Shown: positions 47,302 through 58,456, counted from the first letter of the stretch. The stretch is 64,000 nucleotides of DNA from Syntrophales bacterium (GCA_963666365.2 CAXXNF010000002.1:1504001-1568000), one strand, 5' to 3'. Notes: generated by a model not told the origin, from the letters alone. Numbers and translations: made by a program.

Positions 47302-48837
47302 ATGGAAACCGCCGCGACGTTGTTCGAACATAACGATAGAGAGACTATGCGGGCGAAGGGTCTCGATCCGGAAGAGGTGGAACGGCAGATTGGACTCTTT
47401 CAGAAGGGGTTCTGCGCAGTCCGTCTGGCACGGCCGTGCACCGACGGCGACGGAATCGAGGTTATCGAAGATGATCGCATGAAGGCCCTTGTCTCTCTTT
47501 ATGAAGCGGCACAAAGCGCCGGCCGCATCACAAAGTTTGTTCCCGCCTCAGGCGCCGCATCCCGCATGTTTCGCGATTGGTTCCGGTTCCGCCGCATGCC
47601 CGATTTCGAGCAGAGCGATGAAGGACGCCGCTTCAAGGAACACCTCCCCCGCTATCCATTCTACGATTCTCTTGCCCGCGTCATCGAGGCGCGGGGACAG
47701 TCCCTTCAGGAATTGGAATCGGCAGGCAACCTGAAGGCTGTCCTCGATTATATTCTGTCCCCGCGAGGTCTTGACTACGGAGCCCTTCCCAAGGCCCTTC
47801 TCGGCTTTCATCGCTATACCGGACACACCCGCACCCCCCTGGAAGAGCATCTCGTTGAAGCCGCACTCCACGGAACCGACAGGCAGGGCATCGCACGCAT
47901 ACATTTTACCGTTTCTCCGGAACATGCCGGTGCGGTTGAAGCCCATATCAGACGGATACGGGGGATCTATGAAAAAAATTTTTCTGTTGTCCTTGATATC
48001 TCCCTCTCCACGCAACTTCCTTCAACAGACACCATCGCAGTGACCCTGGATAACCGCCCTTTCAGAGATGACCAGGGGACGCTCATCTTCAGACCGGGCG
48101 GCCATGGCGCACTTATAAAGAATCTCAATCGGATCGAGGGTGATATTATTTTTCTGAAAAATATAGACAATGTGGTTCCGGACAGACTCAAGGCCGAAAC
48201 AATTCTGTTCAAGAAAATACTGGGAGGGCTTTTGGTTGAACTGCAGGACGAAATTTTCCGTTACTTGCACACCATCGACCAAAATGCAATTGACGAAAAG
48301 GCGCTCCTCTCTCTGGAGCGATTCTGCCGCGGACGGCTTGGGTTAGCCTTCCCATCGGCCTTTCAGCACTGCGCCAACGATGAAAAAATACAATTCTTTT
48401 TTTCCGCCTTACACCGCCCTCTCCGCATCTGCGGCATGGTCAAAAACGAGGGGGAACCGGGAGGAGGACCTTTCTGGGTGCACGAAAAAACCGGCAGCGC
48501 TTCAAAACAAATTATTGAAAGTGCACAGATTGACAGCACCTCTTCCGGACAGATGGCACTGTGGAATGCATCGACTCATTTCAACCCCGTCGACCTCGTC
48601 TGCGGTGTCAGAGATCATAGGGGAGACAAATTTGATCTGGAGCAATTTATTGACGCCGACAGGTATCTCATTTCCGAAAAATCCCATGAGGGACGGGCGC
48701 TCAAGGCGCTGGAACATCCAGGCCTCTGGAACGGCGCCATGGCTCGGTGGAATACAGTTTTCGTCGAAGTGCCCCTTTGGACCTTCGCACCGGTAAAGAC
48801 GGTGGAGGATCTTTTGAGGCCGGAACACAGACCGTAA
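47302..48837 (+). CDS. DUF4301 family protein (nucleotidyltransferase-like motifs)
   Basis: KFVPASGAASRMF, LPKAL, HFTVS, RPGGHGAL, KNIDN, GEPGGGPF, THFNPVD, PGLWNG, PVKT. Confidence 0.85.
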   Translation: METAATLFEHNDRETMRAKGLDPEEVERQIGLFQKGFCAVRLARPCTDGDGIEVIEDDRMKALVSLYEAAQSAGRITKFVPASGAASRMFRDWFRFRRMPDFEQSDEGRRFKEHLPRYPFYDSLARVIEARGQSLQELESAGNLKAVLDYILSPRGLDYGALPKALLGFHRYTGHTRTPLEEHLVEAALHGTDRQGIARIHFTVSPEHAGAVEAHIRRIRGIYEKNFSVVLDISLSTQLPSTDTIAVTLDNRPFRDDQGTLIFRPGGHGALIKNLNRIEGDIIFLKNIDNVVPDRLKAETILFKKILGGLLVELQDEIFRYLHTIDQNAIDEKALLSLERFCRGRLGLAFPSAFQHCANDEKIQFFFSALHRPLRICGMVKNEGEPGGGPFWVHEKTGSASKQIIESAQIDSTSSGQMALWNASTHFNPVDLVCGVRDHRGDKFDLEQFIDADRYLISEKSHEGRALKALEHPGLWNGAMARWNTVFVEVPLWTFAPVKTVEDLLRPEHRP

Positions 48838-48875
48838 AGATTTTTCAATGTTGGGTCGAGCGCTGAATGAAGGGG

Positions 48876-49850
48876 CTAAATCATCAGGCCGGCGAGCGCT
48901 TCCGGATCGACGGCTTTCGTTTCGATTGTCCCGGTCTTTGATCCCTCTTTTACTATCGCGGAAACAGCTTCACCCCTTGGCGCATCACTGTACCGCGCAC
49001 AGACGGCCGCCGCCTTCACCAGGGTTTGCCCGTCACATCCGTAGGGAACCAGCACCACCGGCCCGGGGATTCCTTCAATCTGTATCACCGCATCCTGATC
49101 ACCGGCAAGGCGCAGTATACTTTCGTTTTCACCCCGGTTTCTCCCCACAACAATTTTGGCGCCTCCCTCCAGCCTGAGATGGCGCCCTACCTTCAGGAGT
49201 TCTATATCTCGAAGGGTTTCCTTCCCGTGATCAAAAAGGTCCTTCAACCGTCGGGAAAAGGTCGGATCGGTCAGAAGGCAGCCGCCGGCGGGACTTGAAT
49301 ACTCTGCTATGCCGTATGCAGCGGCAAGTTCCATCTGACGCTTCCTGCCTCTCCCCTGCACATCGAGCAGCCTCAGACGATTTACCTTACCCTCCTTTTC
49401 AGGGATTGTTGCATCAAGGAGTCGCGCGCTCAGGGGACGAATGATCAACCCTTCATACCCTGAGAGCTTGGCCACGATATGCAGCGATTGTCTAGTCTGA
49501 GACATGGGACGCTGGCCAAGCACCTCACCGGTAAAGATAAAGTCCGCACCCTCATGCGCCATTTCGTCGCCGGCCATACGGAGCATGAGCGCATGACAGT
49601 CGATGCAGGGGTTCATATTCCTGCCGTAACCGTAGTGAGGTGCTTTCAGCATGCAGAGATGGGCATCGGTAATGTCGATCACACGGAGCGGAAGTGCCAT
49701 TGCCGCCGCCGCTTTTTGCGCTTTTTCGGCAGAAAAAAAAGGCGTTTCAAAGGCAATCCCGATCACATCGATGTTCTGCCGTCGAATAACTTCCACAGCC
49801 AGGATACTGTCAAGCCCCCCTGAAAACAGGGAAATTCCCTTTACATTCAA
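48876..49850 (-). CDS. ThiI/MnmA-like PP-loop tRNA thiolation family protein
   Basis: SGGLDS, NPCIDC, GEVLGQRPMSQ, GGCLLT, VGRH. TTGA overlap with the upstream gene. Confidence 0.8.
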   Translation of the reverse strand: MNVKGISLFSGGLDSILAVEVIRRQNIDVIGIAFETPFFSAEKAQKAAAAMALPLRVIDITDAHLCMLKAPHYGYGRNMNPCIDCHALMLRMAGDEMAHEGADFIFTGEVLGQRPMSQTRQSLHIVAKLSGYEGLIIRPLSARLLDATIPEKEGKVNRLRLLDVQGRGRKRQMELAAAYGIAEYSSPAGGCLLTDPTFSRRLKDLFDHGKETLRDIELLKVGRHLRLEGGAKIVVGRNRGENESILRLAGDQDAVIQIEGIPGPVVLVPYGCDGQTLVKAAAVCARYSDAPRGEAVSAIVKEGSKTGTIETKAVDPEALAGLMI

Positions 49851-51544
49851 TAACTCACAACCTTGACGCTCCATTTTTCATGAAGCAGATGATGTAACTC
49901 CTCGTCATAGTCCCCCTTGACGAAATAGAGCTCCGAGTTGATCCCTTGCACTTTCAACCCGGAAAAAAGAATCCGCCACCCCCCGCTCAACTCGTCGGCA
50001 GGGGGAAAGCTGAACCGGCCCTCGAGAGCAGGAAGGTTCAACGCAGCGGTTATTTTTCTGATCAGGTCGATATCGCGATCCCGCTTCGATAATTCCACGA
50101 CAGGTTCGCCCCTCTTTTGCAGAAGCTGGCGAAACTCTGGCGACAGCGATTCGAAGTCGAAAATCAGATCTCTCCCTCCCAGGGAAAGCACAAGATCCGC
50201 CTCTACAGAAAGATCGAATCCGTCATCTTTCATGAGAAATACGGGAATGACGACTTTTCTGGCCGGCACATAGCCCAGCTCCCTTAAAAATGCATCCGTA
50301 AAATCGACGGCAATCTCTCTCTTCACGCGAGATACCGGCAGGGACCACAACGGTCCCTCTGGGGTAACGGGACCATATCCGTCAACAATTTCTATCACTT
50401 CCAACCCGTTACGCGCCGCATAGGCGATCAGCGCCGGGGGAGTTGCCTTCGCGGGGGCAGGGATAACTCTGATACCGATGGTAATCTCGTCCCGGGCGCC
50501 GGGAATCTTTCCGGATACAGTCCAGTCACAGTCGATCGCTACCTGAGGATTCGATCCCGCCGTTGCCGTGACGCCTTTTTTTTGAAGCGTAAGAGAACGT
50601 AACGCCTTGACGGCCCTTTCAAGAATCAAAGAAATGGAAGGCTTCTCGGTGCCCGAAACAATATGGTAGTGTTTCCAGTGCGATTCGATGGTGTGCTTCA
50701 CCGGCAATGGAATGCGGCCGTAAAAATCGATGATGATCCTCTCGCCGTTTTTCAATTCGACCACGGGGACAGTGGCGCAATCGACGATCATCTGACTTGA
50801 CGGCGGCAAAGGAAGATAGTATTCGCCGGAACATGCCACTTCTCCACCGATAAGACTGAAAAATTGCTTGAGCAGGGGCGTCCATTCTTGATTGGGCACC
50901 TTTACAGCCTGCATCCTGCCGCTTATCGCCGCTTTAGACGCGGCTTCATCCACATCGGTCCCGTTTTCCCTCCTCCTCTCGTTCGGCGCCGGGAAATATA
51001 TGATCTGACCGGGGTAGATTCGGTTAAGGTCTTTGATGTGGGGATTGAGTGATCGTATCTTTTCCAGGTGCATCCGCGCTTGGTGAATATTCATCCCCCA
51101 TCTGCGGCGCATAATTCTGGTGACGGTTTCTCCTCTTTCTACGCGGTGAGAGAGTGTTCTTTCCCCGTGAGAAATCGCTTTTTCTTCAGGCAGCGGCGAC
51201 TGTCCGCGCACTGACATCTTCTCCATTGGCCCGTTCGCTGCGGGCAGACGAAGCAACTGTCCGGGATATATCACATTCATGTCCCTGATATGGGGATTGA
51301 GAACCTGAATCTTTTCTATGAGCGCCGCCATGTCATTTTCGCGAGGGTTCAATTCCTTTCTGATTATTCGCGTAAGCCAGTCCCCACGCTGCACCCGGTA
51401 AAGAGAATGGCGTTCTCCCCCATCGATCTTCTTTGAAAAGGTAAGGTGCACGGTATCTTCCGCGGAGAGGGCGAAAAACGGCTGAACCCCGGAGATGATG
51501 AGACAGAGGGCCACTGTCGAAAGATATCTATGGAATTTCGCCAT
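49847..51544 (-). CDS. Exported protein with two LysM domains
   Basis: Signal peptide. YRVQRGDWL...LNPHI...IYPGQ and HRVERGETV...LNPHI...IYPGQ. Confidence 0.85.
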   Translation of the reverse strand: MAKFHRYLSTVALCLIISGVQPFFALSAEDTVHLTFSKKIDGGERHSLYRVQRGDWLTRIIRKELNPRENDMAALIEKIQVLNPHIRDMNVIYPGQLLRLPAANGPMEKMSVRGQSPLPEEKAISHGERTLSHRVERGETVTRIMRRRWGMNIHQARMHLEKIRSLNPHIKDLNRIYPGQIIYFPAPNERRRENGTDVDEAASKAAISGRMQAVKVPNQEWTPLLKQFFSLIGGEVACSGEYYLPLPPSSQMIVDCATVPVVELKNGERIIIDFYGRIPLPVKHTIESHWKHYHIVSGTEKPSISLILERAVKALRSLTLQKKGVTATAGSNPQVAIDCDWTVSGKIPGARDEITIGIRVIPAPAKATPPALIAYAARNGLEVIEIVDGYGPVTPEGPLWSLPVSRVKREIAVDFTDAFLRELGYVPARKVVIPVFLMKDDGFDLSVEADLVLSLGGRDLIFDFESLSPEFRQLLQKRGEPVVELSKRDRDIDLIRKITAALNLPALEGRFSFPPADELSGGWRILFSGLKVQGINSELYFVKGDYDEELHHLLHEKWSVKVVSY

Positions 51545-51838
51545 ACCGCACCCCTATGAATCCTCGCTGAAATATCGGAACCGGAATCACAAAAGCCCGG
51601 CCCTGCCACCAGGGATTTTTCTCACTTCTTCATCGAGCTTCTTATTGTGCAGTTCTCTGTATGTGTCGATCCGCCCCATACAGCCGCCTTTATACGCGAC
51701 GATCGGAAGAAAGTCAATCAGTTCGTCCCTTTTCGAGATTCCAACCGACATATTGAGTATTGCAAAGAAGCGCCATCTGATATAAGAGTGGAAGTCGGGT
51801 TCCATAGCACGGCAGAGAGAACCGGGGGAGGGTACAGG

Positions 51839-52062
51839 GTGAAACAGTCTCAAGATGATCAGCGACTGCTCAAAGATATCCAGGTCCGCCTGGAAAAAAA
51901 ATGCGTGAACAGGAAATTGCCGTCATTGAACATTGGAAAGAGCGGGTGGAAAAAATTCTCGCAATGAAGCCGGAAGGTATCGCACCACTCATGCTAGAGC
52001 TGAAGAGCCTGTCATCCATGATGGCCAACAGGATATCGACTATAAAGAAGGGTGCGTCATGA
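51839..52062 (+). pseudogene. Small helical protein split by a frameshift at A8 (51894-51901)
   Basis: GGAGG RBS and GTG give VKQSQDDQRLLKDIQVRLEKK. The -1 frame continues MREQEIAVIEHWKERVEKIL...KKGAS*, and its TGA overlaps the next ATG. Confidence 0.5.
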
Positions 52063-52631
52063 GAGAGATTGCTAATTTTCTCTTTGAAGTGGGCATGCTT
52101 CAGAAAACGCCCCGCACCGGCTTTCAGTTTCTCGGTTCGGGATGCGAATCGGTAGCGGAGCACATCCTCAGAACAATCTTTATAGGGTACACGCTCAGCA
52201 AAATGGACCCATCCGTTGATGAGCTGCGGATCTTGAAACTCTGCCTCCTGCACGATCTTCCAGAAGCCCGAACGGGGGACATGAATTACGTCAACAAAAA
52301 ATATGTGACCGTAGACGAACACAAGGCCGTTGGGGAGCTGGCCGACACGCTCTTTTTTGGAGAAGAACTGAAGGCCCTGATTGCCGAATTCAACGAAAGG
52401 CAGACAAGGGAATCCCTTATTGCCCGCGATGCCGATCAACTGGCCCTGATTATTCAACTGAAGGAATACGGCGATTTGGGGAACAAATACAGCAAAGACT
52501 GGATCGCCTTTGCCGTAAAAAGACTTTTCACTGACGATGCAAAAAAACTGGCCCGACAGATTCTCCAGACGGACTCCTCGGAGTGGTGGTTCAAGGATAA
52601 AAGCGACTGGTGGATCAATGGAGGAGCGTAA
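52059..52631 (+). CDS. HD-domain hydrolase (YfbR/5'-deoxynucleotidase-like)
   Basis: RTG, ESVAEH, HDLPEARTGD, DAD.L. Confidence 0.9.
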   Translation: MREIANFLFEVGMLQKTPRTGFQFLGSGCESVAEHILRTIFIGYTLSKMDPSVDELRILKLCLLHDLPEARTGDMNYVNKKYVTVDEHKAVGELADTLFFGEELKALIAEFNERQTRESLIARDADQLALIIQLKEYGDLGNKYSKDWIAFAVKRLFTDDAKKLARQILQTDSSEWWFKDKSDWWINGGA

Positions 52632-52732
52632 CGCTCCCCGCATCGGATGGGGAACCATGCTGCGGCAGCAGGACAGGACATCCCCGCTTCATTGCACGAA
52701 GACGCGCTGAAATCGACTCATAAGGGTTCAGA

Positions 52733-53533
52733 ATGAACAGGCACTACTTTTCCGCCCACTGTGTAAAATTATTGACGTTCACAATGGTCTGTTGCATCCT
52801 CGCCTCATGTGCAACGGATCAAAGGGCGCAGCAGATGGCGAATGTCCACGTGAGCACGGGAAAGGCAAGTCTCGAATCTGGCCACTACACGGCGGCCCTG
52901 AAAGAACTTTTTGAAGCACGGCGTCTCAATCCTCAAGATCCGCGAATACCTTATTACCTTGGACTTTCTTATTATGGTAAAGGGTTGCCCCGTGAGGCTG
53001 CTGCGGAATTTCAGAAGGCCATCGAAATGAAGTCGGACTACTCCGAGGCATATAACTTCCTCGGTCTCATCTATTTTGATGAAGGCAATTACGCACGCGC
53101 CGTAGACTGCTTCACCAACGCCCTTTCGAACATTCTCTATGAAACGCCGGAATTCGCACTCAACAATCTCGGAAGGGCATACTTCAAGATGGAAAATTAT
53201 GAAGCGGCCCTGGCGCGGTTTGAAGAGGCGCTTAAGATCAGACCGAACAAAATTTTACCGATTATACACATGAACACAGGCGCACTGCTGCTTGCAATGA
53301 GCCGTGTAACTGATGCCGTTCGTCATTTGGAAAGATCCATTGAAATTGCACCGTACATTGTGGAGGCGCACTACTGGCTTGGCAGAGGATATCTGCGGAG
53401 TGGAAATAAAGCAAAGGCGGTCAAGGAATTTAAAACGGCCCTCACACTGGCCCCCCAATCGGAATTCGGAATAAAATCAAAAGATGTGCTACTGTCCATG
53501 GACCGGCAACACAGGACAGGTCACGGACAATAA
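52733..53533 (+). CDS. TPR lipoprotein (PilF/PilW/Tgl-like)
   Basis: Lipobox LASC, TPR repeats, NILYETPE. Confidence 0.8.
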   Translation: MNRHYFSAHCVKLLTFTMVCCILASCATDQRAQQMANVHVSTGKASLESGHYTAALKELFEARRLNPQDPRIPYYLGLSYYGKGLPREAAAEFQKAIEMKSDYSEAYNFLGLIYFDEGNYARAVDCFTNALSNILYETPEFALNNLGRAYFKMENYEAALARFEEALKIRPNKILPIIHMNTGALLLAMSRVTDAVRHLERSIEIAPYIVEAHYWLGRGYLRSGNKAKAVKEFKTALTLAPQSEFGIKSKDVLLSMDRQHRTGHGQ

Positions 53534-53660
53534 CCACCGACGGACAGGTTGGTTTCATTCTCCATATCCTGTTGCCATGGCCCATCGCCTTATTAAAGAT
53601 TGACAGCAAAAAAAAATTGCCATAGATTGTGCCTGTTTTTTCAGAGGAGCAGCATCTTTC

Positions 53661-54281
53661 ATGGGAACAAAGAAAAAAGCGAAAACAAATCAGATAAAAG
53701 CGAGAAAAAAGAAAAAAACTCGCAAATTTCTCGGTCTTACCGTTATCACTGTTATGTGTCTCGGTTTTCTTATATTCTTTTTTGTGTCACTCTTCGATTA
53801 TGTCTATCCCCCTACGACGGGCACAGACACATCGAAGGCTCAGAAGGAAAAACGCAAGGTCACCCTTTATTTTTCCGATGATAATGAACGCTTTCTCGTA
53901 CCTGAAACCCGCTATATTCCGAAAGCGAAAAAAAATGATGCTCAGGCGGAAGAAATCGTCTATGCCCTTATCGAAGGCCCGAAAATGGGCCATATTCGCA
54001 CGATCCCCGAGGGAACGAGTTTGATAGGGATCTCCGTAAAAGAAAAAGGCGTCGCTGTGGTCAATTTCAAAAAAAATATCATAGATCTCCATCCGGGAAG
54101 CTGTGCAAGCGAAATGATGACCATTTATTCTCTGACCAATACCCTTATCCGCAACATCCCTTCGATACAGAGCGTCACTCTCCAGGTTGAAGGGAAGAAG
54201 ATCAAGACTCTGAAAGGACACATCGACACGGAATCCCCCTTTGTAATAAAAGAAGATCTGCTCATTAAGGGGTCCGCATAA
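53661..54281 (+). CDS. GerMN-domain membrane protein
   Basis: VTLYF, L..E.R, LIEGP, IP.GT, IYSLTNTL, V...VEG. Confidence 0.85.
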   Translation: MGTKKKAKTNQIKARKKKKTRKFLGLTVITVMCLGFLIFFFVSLFDYVYPPTTGTDTSKAQKEKRKVTLYFSDDNERFLVPETRYIPKAKKNDAQAEEIVYALIEGPKMGHIRTIPEGTSLIGISVKEKGVAVVNFKKNIIDLHPGSCASEMMTIYSLTNTLIRNIPSIQSVTLQVEGKKIKTLKGHIDTESPFVIKEDLLIKGSA

Positions 54282-54345
54282 AGCCCGTTCTGTCACTGGA
54301 TAGGCGCACAACTACTGAGAATTCACGTAAAGAAAGGTTTTTGAC

Positions 54346-56373
54346 GTGGCGGTAAAACTTTCGAACATTCGAAATATAGGTATCGTGGCCCATATTGATG
54401 CGGGAAAGACCACGGTAACCGAAAGGATTCTTTTTTACACCGGTATTACCCACAAGATCGGAGAGGTTCACTATGGCGAAGCGGTGATGGATTGGATGCA
54501 ACAGGAGAAAGAACGGGGCATCACGATTACTTCGGCCGTTACAACCTGTATGTGGGAAAACAGGGAAATTCACATAATCGACACTCCCGGTCACGTTGAT
54601 TTCACCATTGAAGTTGAACGGTGTCTTCGGGTGCTTGACGGCGTGGTGGTCGTGTTTGATGCGGTGGCAGGGGTAGAGCCCCAATCGGAAACAGTCTGGC
54701 GCCAGGCGGACAAATATCATGTTCCCAAAATCGCTTTTATCAATAAAATGGATCGTGCCGGCGCCGATTATTTCGGAACTATTGCAACCATGAAGTCACG
54801 TTTTGCATCGGCGCCGCTCCCCATCCAGATTCCCCTCTTCAGGAACGACATCTTTGAAGGCGTCATCGATCTGATACGACAAAAAGTGATCACATGGAAC
54901 GAGCAATCTCTGGGACTTACCTATGCCTTATCGGACATACCCGGCACACACGTTGAAGAAGCCGATCAATACCGCGAAGAGCTGATAGAGGCGCTTGCAG
55001 AGTTTGATGACTCTCTGGCGGAAAAATATCTCGAAGGCGAACCCATCGAAGAAAAAGATATGCGTGATGCCCTGCGCGCGGCAACTGTTTCACTCAAAGC
55101 TGTTCCCGTCATGTGCGGATCGGCCCTTCGCAATAAAGGGGTACAACCCATCCTCGACGGGGTCTGTGATTTCCTCCCCTCTCCCGAGGAGGTCCCTCCC
55201 ATATCGGGAATAAACCCCGCCACAGGGGAGAAGGAATGGCGCAAGAGCAAAAACAAGGAACCCCTCGCCGCGCTTGCGTTCAAGGTCATGATGGATGAGG
55301 GGAGAAAAATGACCTACGTCCGAATCTATTCGGGTAAAATGAAGGTGGGAGAAGAAGTTTTCAATGCAACTGCCAAGAAGCGCGAGCGCGTCGCACGTCT
55401 GCTGAAGATGCACGCCAACAAGCGTGAACGTCTCGACGAGGCCGGATCGGGAGATATCATCGGCGTGGTAGGTTTGAAGGATACCTCAACCGGCGACAGC
55501 ATCTGTGAAGAGGCGCACCCGATTCTTCTCGAATCCATAGAATTTTATGAGCCCGTCATCTCCAGGGCCATTGAGGCAAAAACACCCGATGATCAGTCAC
55601 GATTGATCCTGGCCCTGGAAAAGCTCTGCGACGAAGACCCCACTCTGAAAGCGACCTATGATGAAGAAACCGCGCAGACGGTGATTTCAGGTATGGGGGA
55701 ATTGCATCTCGAAATTATCATCGACAGACTTGTAAGGGAGTTCAATACCAATGTCAACGTGGGAAAACCCCGTGTTGTCTATAGAGAAACCATCGGGAAA
55801 GAGGTTGCCTGCGAAGAAATATTCGACAAAAAGCTGGGAGAGAAAAAACATTTCGGTCATGTGGCGCTCAATCTCATTCCCCACAGCCGGGGCGGCGGCA
55901 TAGAAATTATAAACGCACTTGAACCGACGATGATTCCTCCCGAGTATCACCGAGCAATCGAGCAGAGCCTCAGAGACGCCACAGCAAGTGGCGTCGTGGC
56001 CGGCTATCCGGTACTCGATGTGATAATACGGATAGTGGGAGGATCCTACCGTGAAGGAGAAGCTTCTGAACTGGGCTATCAGATCGCTGCCTCGACGGCG
56101 TTCCAGCATGGATGCGCCGAGGCGGAACCTACCCTTCTTGAACCGATCATGAAAGTGGATATCATCACTCCTAGCGAGTTTATGGGGGAAGTAATCGGCA
56201 GCATTAATATCAGAAAGGGGGAAATCGAGAACATAACCCACAAACCCCTGGTGAGTGATATAAAGGCACGGGTCCCGCTGCAGCACATGTTCGGATATTC
56301 AACGGATCTTCGATCTCTCACCCAGGGACGGGCCACATTCTCAATGCACTTTTCCAAGTATGACAAGCTGTAA
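54346..56373 (+). CDS. fusA: Elongation factor G paralogue (outside the str operon)
   Basis: [43 protein letters not shown]. Confidence 0.93.
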   Translation: MAVKLSNIRNIGIVAHIDAGKTTVTERILFYTGITHKIGEVHYGEAVMDWMQQEKERGITITSAVTTCMWENREIHIIDTPGHVDFTIEVERCLRVLDGVVVVFDAVAGVEPQSETVWRQADKYHVPKIAFINKMDRAGADYFGTIATMKSRFASAPLPIQIPLFRNDIFEGVIDLIRQKVITWNEQSLGLTYALSDIPGTHVEEADQYREELIEALAEFDDSLAEKYLEGEPIEEKDMRDALRAATVSLKAVPVMCGSALRNKGVQPILDGVCDFLPSPEEVPPISGINPATGEKEWRKSKNKEPLAALAFKVMMDEGRKMTYVRIYSGKMKVGEEVFNATAKKRERVARLLKMHANKRERLDEAGSGDIIGVVGLKDTSTGDSICEEAHPILLESIEFYEPVISRAIEAKTPDDQSRLILALEKLCDEDPTLKATYDEETAQTVISGMGELHLEIIIDRLVREFNTNVNVGKPRVVYRETIGKEVACEEIFDKKLGEKKHFGHVALNLIPHSRGGGIEIINALEPTMIPPEYHRAIEQSLRDATASGVVAGYPVLDVIIRIVGGSYREGEASELGYQIAASTAFQHGCAEAEPTLLEPIMKVDIITPSEFMGEVIGSINIRKGEIENITHKPLVSDIKARVPLQHMFGYSTDLRSLTQGRATFSMHFSKYDKL

Positions 56374-56451
56374 TTAGCATAGTGACGTCTTCAGCCGCAG
56401 TGCTGATTACTTAACGGTTTCGGTTCAACTTACACGCGTGGAGCGCAAGAA

Positions 56452-57657
56452 ATGTCAAAACGCACACCATCGAAACCTTACAGATCACCTGTACCCTTGA
56501 TCAAAAAAATTGGCAGGCTGCTGCGTGTAGAACGTTTTTTTCTAATTGGGACACTCACGCTCATTCTGATATTATTTTGCTCCATCGCAATTTATTATTT
56601 CGAAAACAACAAAGAAGGGGCTTCCATTCATTCTCTCTGGGACGGCTTCTGGTGGGCCATTGTTACCATCTGCACCGTGGGCTACGGCGACAAACTTCCG
56701 ACGACGGATGCAGGAAGGATTGTAGGTCTCGTACTGATGATTCTGGGAGTATGTCTCCTGTCACTCATAACAGCAACAATAGCTTCGGTATTTGTTGAGC
56801 AAAAAATCAGGGAGGGAAAAGGGTTGGATACCTTAACATGTACAGAACATACCGTTATATGCGGCTGGAATCGTTATACGGAAGAGGTGATTGCCTGGAT
56901 TAATACACACGGGAAATCTTCGAATCCGGTCATTATTCTCATCAATGAGCTTCCCATCGACGACATCGATGCACTCAAGCTCAAATATGAACACTTCAAT
57001 CTTCGCTTTATCAGAGGTAATTATGTACATGAAGATGTGCTTTTAAGGGCCAATATAGAAAAAGCGGCCTTTGTTATCCTTATGGCCGATAACTCCGGAG
57101 CCTATGATAAGGAAAGAGCAGACGAAAGAACGATACTTGCTACCTTGACGGTAAGGTCCGTGGCCCCAAAAGCCAAAATTGTTGCCGAAGTTATCAATGC
57201 AGAGAATAGAACTCATCTGAAAAGAGCAAGTGTCGACGAAATAATTGTCCGAGGCGAACACCTTGGATCACTTATTGCGAGTGCTATCAGCCATCCGGGA
57301 CTTCCAAAGGTATTTTCCAATATCCTCTCTCTGGAAGGAAGCAATAAGATCAAGCGCATAATAATTCCGAACCAGTTCGTAGGAAAGACATTTGGAGATT
57401 TTGAACGTTTTATTAAAGAACGCAAAGAAGGAATTCTTATCGGTCTCATGACGGAAAAAGAATCCATGAAACTTGAGGACATGCTCTCCGACGATACTTC
57501 AATCATTGAAAAATTTATCAAGGAAAAAATACAGGAATCGAAGAAGGATTATTTTTACGAAAAGGAAAATATCAAAGTATCCCTCAATCCGGATGAGAAT
57601 ACCATCATAGGGAGAAACGTGTATGGTATTGTGCTTGCCAAGGAGATGAATGTATGA
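56452..57657 (+). CDS. 2-TM potassium channel with RCK (TrkA-N) domain
   Basis: WWAIVTICTVGYGD selectivity filter, HTVICGW. Confidence 0.92.
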   Translation: MSKRTPSKPYRSPVPLIKKIGRLLRVERFFLIGTLTLILILFCSIAIYYFENNKEGASIHSLWDGFWWAIVTICTVGYGDKLPTTDAGRIVGLVLMILGVCLLSLITATIASVFVEQKIREGKGLDTLTCTEHTVICGWNRYTEEVIAWINTHGKSSNPVIILINELPIDDIDALKLKYEHFNLRFIRGNYVHEDVLLRANIEKAAFVILMADNSGAYDKERADERTILATLTVRSVAPKAKIVAEVINAENRTHLKRASVDEIIVRGEHLGSLIASAISHPGLPKVFSNILSLEGSNKIKRIIIPNQFVGKTFGDFERFIKERKEGILIGLMTEKESMKLEDMLSDDTSIIEKFIKEKIQESKKDYFYEKENIKVSLNPDENTIIGRNVYGIVLAKEMNV

Positions 57658-58187
57658 ATTCAAGGATTTACGTTTCGGATCAGGAGGTCTCCCAGCTCAT
57701 CGAAATTGAACTTTTCAAAAATCTCACTTTTGAACAGGTGCGCACAGTACTTGCCCACTCAGAAAAAATCCGCTTCCGAAAAAATGAAATCATTATGAAA
57801 GAGGGGGAAAGCGGCGATTCGATCTATCTTATACTTGAAGGATCCGTAGAAGTGGGAAGACAGCTGGTGCTAAGCGGTATTGAGGGAGACGGCGAAATAG
57901 GCAATAAAGTATTTACCAGACTTTCGTCAGAGGATCATCCTGTGTTCGGTGAGATATCACTTCTGGAAGACTCCAAACGAACCGCCACCATACGCACCTT
58001 AACCGATTGCCGATTCTATAAGATTACGCGGCATACGCTTTTTCAGCTGACACAGCAGGATCATGCACTGGGATGTTATATTTTCATGAATCTTGCCACG
58101 ATTATCTCCTCGCGTTTGAGAAAGGCTGATGAAGATATTGTAAAACTTACAACCGTATTAAGCATCATATTAAAAGAGGGGGTCTAA
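57654..58187 (+). CDS. Stand-alone cyclic-nucleotide-binding domain protein
   Basis: LF..L, EGE.GD..Y.I.EG.V, FGEISLL, RTAT. No HTH. ATGA overlap with the channel gene. Confidence 0.88.
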   Translation: MNSRIYVSDQEVSQLIEIELFKNLTFEQVRTVLAHSEKIRFRKNEIIMKEGESGDSIYLILEGSVEVGRQLVLSGIEGDGEIGNKVFTRLSSEDHPVFGEISLLEDSKRTATIRTLTDCRFYKITRHTLFQLTQQDHALGCYIFMNLATIISSRLRKADEDIVKLTTVLSIILKEGV

Positions 58188-58456
58188 TATTGTTCCGATC
58201 TTCCGGATCGGCAGCGGCAGTCTATGGTATATAGCGAGATCACAAAGACGAAGGGAAAACCTCAGCCCCTCTAACGTGACGTTGTCACTGCAATATGGCA
58301 GAAGCAAATCACCGCGACTCATGGAATTTTTTACACCAACCAATCCAAAACCTTAGACAAAATACACCTATACACTAGGTGCGCTAAGGGTTTTCAACCG
58401 CTTAAATCAGATTCTATCCAATTGATTATAAACATGAATATCGCTATTGTGCAGTC

